Assembly: GCA_003345555.1 (NCBI GenBank)
Contig: PRDJ01000063.1
Location: forward strand, 967-24,966
Length of the DNA: 24,000 nt
DNA from: Candidatus Thorarchaeota archaeon
GTDB taxonomy: Archaea > Asgardarchaeota > Thorarchaeia > Thorarchaeales > Thorarchaeaceae
Direction of reading: 5' to 3'
Below are positions 17,009-24,000 of the stretch, piece by piece. Numbering within the stretch: the first letter of the stretch is position 1; each line of letters starts with the position of its first letter. The notes beneath the pieces were generated by a model that was not told where the DNA came from, made no database searches, and was given only the letters and a program-made list of their open reading frames with translations. Both the position numbers and the translations under genes were made by a program.

Positions 17009-18047
17009 TAACACAGTCCGCTACGTAGACCAGACAAAGCTTCCTCTTGTAGTGGAGCACGTGACTACTAGGGAGCACGAACGAATAGCACACGCGATTC
17101 AGCTGATGGAAATCAGAGGCGCACCTGCAATTGGTGCAGCCGCAGCCATGGGAATGGCACTGGCAGCACTGGAGAGTCACGCGGCATCAAAACCAGAATT
17201 AGTGCAGTCCCTAAAGCATGCCGCTATGTCATTGAACGTGCGCCCCACTGCCGTGAACCTGACTTGGGCAACCACTCGCATGTTGCGGTTGGCAGACACT
17301 GCGAAAGGCAGCGTAAGCGACACAATCAAGGCCCTGATAGATGAAGCGAAAGAAATCGCCGAAGAGGACATACGAATGTGCAGAAGCATAGGGGAGAATG
17401 CGTTACCGCTCATTAAGTCTGGCTGGACGATACAAACCATCTGTAATGCAGGATCGTTGGCAACGGTTCTCCTTGGTACCGTGGGTGCTGTGATTCGAGT
17501 TGCAAATGAGAAGTACGGCAACATCAAGGTCTATGCTGCTGAGACTCGCCCAAGACAACAAGGTGCAAGGCTAACAGTGTTTGAATTCATGCAGGACGGT
17601 ATAGACACTACCTTGATTACTGATGGAATGATTGGCACAGTGTTTCGGCAAGGACGGGTGAACTGCTGTGTTGTGGGCGCAGACAGGATATTGAAGACCG
17701 GCCATGTGACAAACAAGATAGGCACGTACACAATGGCGATCACTGCAAACTATCACAAGATACCGTTCTATGTGGCAGCTCCGAGTTCGACAGTTGACAT
17801 GGACAGTAGAATCGAGGGCGTCAAGATTGAAGAGCGCGACCCTGACGAGGTTCGAATCATAAACGGGCAGTATGTGACTGTGCCGACTGCGAAGGTATAC
17901 AACCCCGCATTTGACGTGACACCACCCGAACTCATCTCTGCAATAATCACCGATAGAGGAGTTGTGCGCAGGCCCAACGAACAAAAGATGAAGAAGCTCT
18001 TCGGGGCGTTGGCGCCAACAAGCACAAATTCCATTTCCTGCGAATAG
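16980..18047 (+). CDS. S-methyl-5-thioribose-1-phosphate isomerase (MtnA)/aIF2B-related isomerase
   Basis: IEIRGAPAIGAAAAMGMALA-like; ICNAGSLATVLLGTVGAVIR; VYAAETRPRQQGARLT; CCVVGADRILKTGHVTNKIGTYTMAITANYHKIPFYVAAPSSTVD. Substrate (MTR-1-P versus ribose-1,5-bisphosphate) is not assigned. Confidence 0.85.
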   Translation: MFRTIEWLDDNTVRYVDQTKLPLVVEHVTTREHERIAHAIQLMEIRGAPAIGAAAAMGMALAALESHAASKPELVQSLKHAAMSLNVRPTAVNLTWATTRMLRLADTAKGSVSDTIKALIDEAKEIAEEDIRMCRSIGENALPLIKSGWTIQTICNAGSLATVLLGTVGAVIRVANEKYGNIKVYAAETRPRQQGARLTVFEFMQDGIDTTLITDGMIGTVFRQGRVNCCVVGADRILKTGHVTNKIGTYTMAITANYHKIPFYVAAPSSTVDMDSRIEGVKIEERDPDEVRIINGQYVTVPTAKVYNPAFDVTPPELISAIITDRGVVRRPNEQKMKKLFGALAPTSTNSISCE

Positions 18048-18065
18048 CCGTGTGCATTCTGTGCT

Positions 18066-19208
18066 TTGTCGATGACACAATCTTCTGAGGAGCGATGGTT
18101 GAGCACGACTCCGGACCGGATTTCATATCTCAGGGCTGATTCCACAGGATGGTTGCTCGAGCAGGACAACGCATCTGTTCGTTACTTCGCTCTAAGAGAC
18201 CTTCTTGAATGTCCCCCCAAAGACCCAGAAGTCCTTGATGCCAAACTCAGAATTGGAGCATCCGAGCAAGTCACGAAGATATTCCTGAAGCAGAAACCGG
18301 ACGGTCACTGGGAAAGGCCCGAAGAGCCGTATCAGCCCAAGTACAAGGCATCCTACTGGCAAGTTATGCTTCTGGGCATGCTGGGTCTTGACAAATCGGA
18401 TGAGCGAGTCAGGAGTGCTATCAATCACATCTTTTCGTTTCAGCATGAAGAAGGTGGTTTTGCTCAGTACGGAGCGGAAGGAGCTCGTGCGGAATACGAC
18501 TACGTCTCTCATAGGGCATCACGATATGGAAAGACTATTCTTTCATTCAGGCCTTGGGCCGAGAAGGAACTCCATGACTCCCAGATGTCTTGCCTCACGG
18601 GGAATGTCTCTCTTGCTTTGATTCGGCTAGGGTATTCCAGAGATGCCCGACTGCGCAAAGCATTGAATTGGCTGGTGAAGGTACAGAACCTCGACGGCGG
18701 CTGGTTGTGTCCGTACTGGGGGGCCCACATACATGACAAGCATGGCTGTTTCATGGGCACCATCACTCCTCTTCATGCATTCGCTGAGTATCCCAAGAAG
18801 TACAGGACACCGGGTATGCAGAAGGCCATCGAAACCGGTGTCGAATTCCTTCTAATGCACAGGCTGTTCAAGGCGGACAATCATGGCTTCAAGGTGATCA
18901 AACCGTCTTGGCTCACCCTCAGTTTTCCGCAGTTCTTCTATGACATATTGCGTGCCCTTCTGGTGGTGACTAGCCTGGGATACGCTGCTGACGAGCGAAT
19001 AGATGACGCACTGAAAGAGATCCTTCACAGGCAGAATGAGAAAGGCAGATGGGCTGTCGAAGCTACCTTGGCCGGCAGACTGCAAACTACCTTGGAGAAG
19101 CAAGGCCGACCGAGCAAGTGGATTACCCTAGATGCTCTGAGAGTGATTAAGAACGTTGTCAAAGAGAGAGGTCAGTTGAACACCGGCGGAGGCGGTTCCG
19201 AACCGTGA
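18066..19208 (+). CDS. Alpha/alpha-toroid (prenyltransferase/squalene cyclase-repeat-like) protein
   Basis: Repeated barrel-type motifs: AINHIFSFQHEEGGFAQYG, LNWLVKVQNLDGGWLCPYWG, LKEILHRQNEKGRWAVEA. Start may be ATG 18072. Confidence 0.65.
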   Translation: MSMTQSSEERWLSTTPDRISYLRADSTGWLLEQDNASVRYFALRDLLECPPKDPEVLDAKLRIGASEQVTKIFLKQKPDGHWERPEEPYQPKYKASYWQVMLLGMLGLDKSDERVRSAINHIFSFQHEEGGFAQYGAEGARAEYDYVSHRASRYGKTILSFRPWAEKELHDSQMSCLTGNVSLALIRLGYSRDARLRKALNWLVKVQNLDGGWLCPYWGAHIHDKHGCFMGTITPLHAFAEYPKKYRTPGMQKAIETGVEFLLMHRLFKADNHGFKVIKPSWLTLSFPQFFYDILRALLVVTSLGYAADERIDDALKEILHRQNEKGRWAVEATLAGRLQTTLEKQGRPSKWITLDALRVIKNVVKERGQLNTGGGGSEP

Positions 19209-19252
19209 CTTGTCAAAAACCCAAGGCGATGTTGAACGCCTGCTTGACCAAG

Positions 19253-19330
19253 TGGCGGGCACGGTCGGATTTGAACCGACGACATCCAACTCCGAAGGCT
19301 GGTGCCTTGTCCAAGCTAGACTACGTGCCC
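19253..19330 (-). tRNA. tRNA-Arg(UCG), intronless; CCA encoded
   Basis: Minus strand GGGCACG-TA-GTCTAGCTTGGACAAGGC-A-CCAGC-CTTCGGA-GTTGG-ATGTC-GTCGG-TTCAAAT-CCGAC-CGTGCCC-G-CCA. Confidence 0.95.
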
Positions 19331-19402
19331 CTTGATGGCCCATGAAAACCGGCGCCTTAAGGACTTTTACTCCCGAACCTCTGAAGAGGCAGAGGTCGTC
19401 TC

Positions 19403-19636
19403 TCATTTCCTTGATCTCTTCCCCCAGATTCCTAAGAAATTATCGAGGGACCGATCGTAGGTCTTCTCGGCCTCGGGCGGGAAGAGACACCCGGGAAGTT
19501 CGTGATTCTTCCAGTGATACTGGAGGCAATCACAACAGTAGCCCTTTCTAGGGCAGCCTGCGTACGTACAAGCACAGCGTTGCCTATTCCTTTCCGAATT
19601 ACAGACTCTGTCCGTCATTCTCGTCTTGTCTGCCAC
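19403..19636 (-). CDS. Small Cys-rich DUF6485-like protein
   Basis: CACTYAGCPRKGYCCDCLQYHWKNHELPGCLFPPEAEKTYDRSLDNFL matches the DUF6485 pattern of a Cys-rich core followed by YH...ELP.C.FP...E.TYDRS. Confidence 0.75.
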   Translation of the reverse strand: MADKTRMTDRVCNSERNRQRCACTYAGCPRKGYCCDCLQYHWKNHELPGCLFPPEAEKTYDRSLDNFLGIWGKRSRK

Positions 19637-19696
19637 TTGCCTTAACGATTAAACCTGTTTGGTCTGGGCGATACGCTAATAGACCAGAGGGCGTGA

Positions 19697-20494
19697 TTGT
19701 CTGGCACAATGGTCATCTTGAAGGGTCTGGGCAGTGACTTGACAGGGGTTGATGGCACCAAGCTTGATCCATCCCGTCTTACAACACTTGAGGATATCTT
19801 GAAACAGGCGTTCGGTGCCAGTACCAAAGCAACAGTCGTACGAAGATTCGAGAGCAAGAAGAACGTCGTTCTTCAACTCAGGATTGAGGGCAAGAGAAAG
19901 GCTGCTCAAACCAACATGGTTGCGAAGCTGTTTGTAACTGACCGTTTTGAGATAGAGCTGCAATTGCTCAATGCATGTCATGAGCGTGGGCCCGATGTAC
20001 CAGAGGTTCTTGCTGGCAAAGAAGGCGTGATATTAATGTCATTCATATCTGGGGAGCTTCTAGTTGAAGCAATCAACCGGACCTTCGACTCCGGATTGAT
20101 TGACACACTTGTTGCATGGTACTACGAATATCACACCCTACACAAGCTCACCAAAGGCGATCCTAAGCTGAAGAACTTCATCTACAATGATGGTGTGATT
20201 TTCGGTATAGACTTCGAAGAATCCCGACCCGGAGACTGGATGTTAGATATCGGGGGTATTGCCGCCAGTCTGCTCGATACAACACCTGTTTTTGACAAGC
20301 GGAAGAGAATCTTAGCTTGGCATCTACTGGAGCAATACTTGAGGCTTAGGAACGAGACCCGCAACCATGACATTGATCATACATTCCTTCAAACAGTATC
20401 AAGTGCGCTGAAAGAAACTGCTCACTGGCGCAAAGACAACAGCCTTCTTTTGCTCGCCGAGAGCGTCTCTCGCTTCGGAATTCCTATCGAGTGA
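19697..20494 (+). CDS. APH/RIO-like small-molecule or protein kinase-fold protein (likely ATG start 19709)
   Basis: Catalytic-loop pattern KGDPKLKNFIYNDGVIFGIDFEESRPGDWMLDIGG resembles the HGDxxxxN...xxDFE pattern of the APH/Bud32-like fold. Confidence 0.65.
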   Translation: MSGTMVILKGLGSDLTGVDGTKLDPSRLTTLEDILKQAFGASTKATVVRRFESKKNVVLQLRIEGKRKAAQTNMVAKLFVTDRFEIELQLLNACHERGPDVPEVLAGKEGVILMSFISGELLVEAINRTFDSGLIDTLVAWYYEYHTLHKLTKGDPKLKNFIYNDGVIFGIDFEESRPGDWMLDIGGIAASLLDTTPVFDKRKRILAWHLLEQYLRLRNETRNHDIDHTFLQTVSSALKETAHWRKDNSLLLLAESVSRFGIPIE

Positions 20495-20553
20495 GATATT
20501 GCCATTCCAAGGTCTTTGGCTGCCTTTCCCTAATCTTCATATTACCATCTCCG

Positions 20554-20583
20554 TACTGATATGTTCACTCGAACATATCAGTA
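20554..20583. promoter_or_regulatory. Perfect 13-bp inverted repeat with 4-nt spacer upstream of the metallophosphoesterase gene
   Basis: TACTGATATGTTC-ACTC-GAACATATCAGTA, read directly; 22 nt before the ATG at 20606. Confidence 0.6.
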
Positions 20584-20605
20584 GGCTCACATGGAGACTC
20601 CTTGA

Positions 20606-22153
20606 ATGAATCGTGGAGCAGCTGTACTTGTGCTCTCGTTGGTACTAGTGGCCGCAGGCCTCGCAGTGGGTCTGTTTGTCTTTCAACCCATAAGAGAATC
20701 TCCAGCAATCTCGGTCCAAGGGGGATACCTAGTTGGTACGTCAAGTGATACTGCATTGGTTCGGGCTATGAGCCTAAGTCTAGACATCACGCTGCTTTGG
20801 GAATCTCAGTCAGGAGTCGGCTTGTTCAGAATCAATGTGACCAACATAGATACCGAGAGAATGATTGCAGAATCGGATGCACAGGTCACCGTTGTTGCAG
20901 TCGGGTATAGCTCCAAGACTTTCGAAGTACGTACGACCGCACTGAAGGCCGAGCTCAGTCTACGGCATACGTCCTCAGATTCCATTCGATTCTATGTCTT
21001 CGGCGATTCACAAGGCTATCAAGGCGGAATGCAGCAAATCGTATTATCTGCGAACGAGAACAGACCAGACTTTCTGTTCCACTGCGGAGACCTTACGCCC
21101 TTCGGTCAGGAGAACCAGTACGTTAGTTTCACGCAGGCTCTTCATAATCTGACAATACCTTTGTTCGCTACCACTGGAAATCACGACGTACGCAAGGGGG
21201 GCGACTTGCGATACCTTCAACACTTTGGTCCTTCCAGTTATTCGTTTGATTTTGGCGCTGCACACTTTACAGTTCTCGATACTTCCAGTGGCAATGTTTC
21301 GGAGGCGGCCTATAGTTGGCTAGCTAACGATATCATCGGATCTTCTGCAGAATGGAAGATTGTATTCACTCACATTCCCCCGTTTGATCCACGCCCCGGA
21401 GGAAACCATACGTTAGGTAATACCACTACAGCCGAACGGTTGATGAATCTGTTCAAGACTTCGGGTGTAAACATAGTGTTTGCCGGCCACATTCATGTAT
21501 TCAATGAAACCATCTTCGGTGGTGTGCATTATGTAATCACAGGGGGCGCCGGCGCGACCGTATCTCCGAGTTCACAAGGAGGAACGTACCACTATGTCAA
21601 CGTCACATTACAAGGGTCAAATCTCCTGATGAATGTCATACCGTTGAGTCCTCCAATTCTGGCCGTTGGCACAATTACAATTCGAGGGGTTTTAGATAGT
21701 ATGACGGTCTCGCTTGAGGATTTGGGAACACTCACAACTATCGTGGGTTCATCGTCATTCCAGAATCAGTATGGCAACTGGGGCGGACTAGGCGAATACA
21801 GAGGAGTCCGAGTATCAGACTTGGTCGACATGGTTGGTGGAATGACAACGAATGAATTACTGTCCGTGTCAGCGTTCGATGGTTACCAACGACTGTACTC
21901 CTACTGGAATGTCTATCCCAATGATTCTTGGCATTCACTGCAGGGCGACATGATACTCGCATATGAGTTCAACGAGACATTGGGCCCAACTTGGCAAGAC
22001 GGTCCGAGGATCGCAATGCTCGCACCCGACGGCGCTTACAGCAACGATGACTGTTTGGCTACTTCGGCTCCGGGGCTAGGCTTCTACTATTACCCGTCTG
22101 CGGGCGCGCTCTGGGTTAGGTGCGTAGTACTTATTGAGGTGAATCACGAGTGA
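20606..22153 (+). CDS. Secreted/membrane-anchored calcineurin-like metallophosphoesterase with extra C-terminal domain
   Basis: N-terminal TM/signal (GAAVLVLSLVLVAAGLAVGLFVF); metallophosphoesterase motifs FYVFGDSQG, LFHCGDLT, ATTGNHDV, VFTHIPP, VFAGHIHVFNE. Confidence 0.87.
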   Translation: MNRGAAVLVLSLVLVAAGLAVGLFVFQPIRESPAISVQGGYLVGTSSDTALVRAMSLSLDITLLWESQSGVGLFRINVTNIDTERMIAESDAQVTVVAVGYSSKTFEVRTTALKAELSLRHTSSDSIRFYVFGDSQGYQGGMQQIVLSANENRPDFLFHCGDLTPFGQENQYVSFTQALHNLTIPLFATTGNHDVRKGGDLRYLQHFGPSSYSFDFGAAHFTVLDTSSGNVSEAAYSWLANDIIGSSAEWKIVFTHIPPFDPRPGGNHTLGNTTTAERLMNLFKTSGVNIVFAGHIHVFNETIFGGVHYVITGGAGATVSPSSQGGTYHYVNVTLQGSNLLMNVIPLSPPILAVGTITIRGVLDSMTVSLEDLGTLTTIVGSSSFQNQYGNWGGLGEYRGVRVSDLVDMVGGMTTNELLSVSAFDGYQRLYSYWNVYPNDSWHSLQGDMILAYEFNETLGPTWQDGPRIAMLAPDGAYSNDDCLATSAPGLGFYYYPSAGALWVRCVVLIEVNHE

Positions 22154-23214
22154 GTCTTGACCGTTCAACGGCACAAATGACCCGTGAAATCGTAACGGTC
22201 GCTGTTCTGGCCTCCCTCGGTGGCGCTCTAAGCACCTTTGTAGGCTATCTAGGTAATCTCATAAATGCCGGCCTGGGTGTGCCATTTGGAGCAGGCCAGT
22301 TCATGGCTGGTCTCCATGTCTTCTGGATTGTGCTGATCAGACTATTGGTGCCGAAGAGGGGGGTCGGAACCGCAGGAGGTCTTCTGAAGGGCTTCGTTGA
22401 GTTCCTGACAGGCAGCACACACGGAATTGTCGTTGTGTTGGTATCCGTCATTCAGGGCGCTATTGTGGATCTGGGTGCTACCTTGGGGGGAAGACCATCC
22501 CCCGCAGGACCCGGGGCGAAGCTCGTGTGGTGGCTTTCAGCCGGTGTCTCTTCTGCTTCCAACGTGTTAGCGCTCCAATTCCTCTACTTCTCAGGCGCAC
22601 CTGCAATCTACCTCTTCCTAATCGCAGTCCTCGCTTTCTGCTCTGGAATCATCTTTGGCGGCTATTTCGCATGGGAAACAATGCAGTTCCTATATGACGC
22701 AAGAGTCATAGTTCCCGTCTCTGAAGCGGCGGTGCCAGTTCTCTCATCTAAGCGGAGGATAAGGATTCGAAATCTCCCGGCCATAGTACTGATTCTTTTC
22801 CTAATTGTCGGCTCATCCTTCTATCTTGCGTTTGTGATGAAGGCTTTGTCAGACCCGTACTCTTGCGAAGTTACGGGGCTCGTCACAAATCCGTATACTT
22901 TCACATACTCAGCATTTGCTGGTGAGCAGGTTACAATTGTGGCCGAACTCAAGGGCGCGTATATCTCTCTCCCTCCCGCGAATTACACTGGGGTTCTTCT
23001 GAGTGTAATTCTGGCGAATGCAAGTCCGCAGTCAGGAGCTTCCATGTTGAGCGTGAGCGCACGGGATGGCTACGTTGTAGATTTCGGCCTGGATGGCGTT
23101 CTCGCTGATGGCCATTTACTGCTGACAAGAGCTGACGATGGTCTCTGGCTTATTGCCGGAAACTATGCCGGTTCGATGTGGGTAAAACAGGTCACTACTC
23201 TCAGAGTGTACTAG
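22150..23214 (+). CDS. ECF transporter S component-like membrane protein with fused C-terminal extracytoplasmic domain
   Basis: Multiple TM helices with a YkoE/CbiM-like pattern (NAGLGVPFGAGQFMAGLHVFWIVLIRLLVPKRGVGTAGGLLKGFVEFLTGS). Overlaps the upstream gene by 4 nt and is followed by an EcfA ATPase gene. Confidence 0.7.
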   Translation: MSLDRSTAQMTREIVTVAVLASLGGALSTFVGYLGNLINAGLGVPFGAGQFMAGLHVFWIVLIRLLVPKRGVGTAGGLLKGFVEFLTGSTHGIVVVLVSVIQGAIVDLGATLGGRPSPAGPGAKLVWWLSAGVSSASNVLALQFLYFSGAPAIYLFLIAVLAFCSGIIFGGYFAWETMQFLYDARVIVPVSEAAVPVLSSKRRIRIRNLPAIVLILFLIVGSSFYLAFVMKALSDPYSCEVTGLVTNPYTFTYSAFAGEQVTIVAELKGAYISLPPANYTGVLLSVILANASPQSGASMLSVSARDGYVVDFGLDGVLADGHLLLTRADDGLWLIAGNYAGSMWVKQVTTLRVY

Positions 23215-23226
23215 GCGAGAACCACT

Positions 23227-24000
23227 ATGCTTGAAGCGCGTCACGTCACTTTCTCCTATGATGGAATACAACCTGTACTTCGTTCCATAGACCTGACGCT
23301 TCAACGAGGGGAGACTCTACTAATCACGGGCCCAACCGGTTCGGGAAAGTCGACTCTGGCCAAGTTCCTCTGTGGATTCATACCACGAATCGTCCGTGGC
23401 GAATGTTCCGGTGTACTGTCCATCGACGGTGACGACGCCGATTCTCTTACACTAACCGAAATTGCGCGGAAAGTATCTCTCGTACAGCAGGATCCCGAGA
23501 GCCAGATTTGTACCCTTACGGTAAGTGACGAGGTAGCATTCGGACCAGAGAACTACCTGATTAAACCCGAAGTTATGACCCGCCTAGTTGACTCGTCGTT
23601 GGCATCTATCGGATCATCTCATCTTGCTGGTCGTTTGACTTATGCATTGTCCGGTGGAGAGAAACAGCGGGTTGTGATAGCTTCAATGCTTGCGTGCCAA
23701 CCTGACTATCTGATTCTAGATGAACCCTCGTCGAGTCTAGATCAGAAAGGCATTCTCCAGCTCGGACAGATATTGAGTGAGCTGAAGAAAAAGAACTTGG
23801 GTGTCATATGCATTGAACATCATCTTGAGCCATTCCTGCCGTCGGCAGACCGTGTTCTATCATTATCTGAGGGCAGACTGTTTCCTTGGGCCCAAGACGT
23901 TGGCCGGAGGGGCGGCCCATTCCAAAATCATTCTGTTCTGCCAATCGAGACCGATGCCCTCGCTTCAATGAAGAATGTCAGTTTTGCCTATGCAGACAGG
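23227..24000 (+). CDS. ECF-type ABC transporter ATP-binding protein, apparently with tandem ABC domains; truncated by window end
   Basis: Not in the track because it is open at the window edge. Hand-translated: MLEARHVTFSYDG...LLITGPTGSGKSTLAKFL...VQQDPESQI...LSGGEKQRVVIASML...YLILDEPSSSLD. A second domain then begins (MKNVSFAYADR). Confidence 0.88.
   Translation, partial: MLEARHVTFSYDGIQPVLRSIDLTLQRGETLLITGPTGSGKSTLAKFLCGFIPRIVRGECSGVLSIDGDDADSLTLTEIARKVSLVQQDPESQICTLTVSDEVAFGPENYLIKPEVMTRLVDSSLASIGSSHLAGRLTYALSGGEKQRVVIASMLACQPDYLILDEPSSSLDQKGILQLGQILSELKKKNLGVICIEHHLEPFLPSADRVLSLSEGRLFPWAQDVGRRGGPFQNHSVLPIETDALASMKNVSFAYADR

Noticed and set aside
17571-18169. Minus-strand ORFs of 169 and 133 aa
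   Set aside because: Antisense to the MtnA-like gene with implausible composition.

Overview
This is an archaeal chromosomal window. Supporting evidence: MBF1, TFE, DUF2110, GatD/GatE, a tRNA-splicing endonuclease homologue, and six tRNA genes that all have a genomically encoded 3' CCA. Most of it is housekeeping or metabolic: a TlyA-like S4/methyltransferase, GH1 beta-glycosidase, GDT1/UPF0016 transporter, gatD, gatE, pgk, LURP-one/tubby-like, rpiA, PIN-ATPase, EndA-like, hydrogenase-maturation-type protease, MtnA-like isomerase, an alpha/alpha-toroid protein, DUF6485, an APH-like kinase, a secreted metallophosphoesterase, an ECF S component and a tandem EcfA.

The strongest unusual signals are:
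(1) Five of six tRNA genes are interrupted. Two introns are non-canonical: tRNA-Val(UAC) near 44/45 with a textbook bulge-helix-bulge (BHB), and tRNA-Arg(CCU) in the D-loop. A divergent EndA homologue in the same window has Thr where the catalytic His is expected.
(2) A perfect 13-bp inverted repeat with a 4-nt spacer lies just upstream of a metallophosphoesterase/ECF-transporter operon. The first two proteins of that operon appear to share a C-terminal extracytoplasmic domain.
(3) A membrane-anchored protein carries a (GGPPS)n proline-rich tail.
(4) mbf1 and gatE lack an ATG, GTG or TTG at the position where homology says translation should begin, and both have a well-placed CTG.

No CRISPR array, obvious mobile element or defence island was seen.
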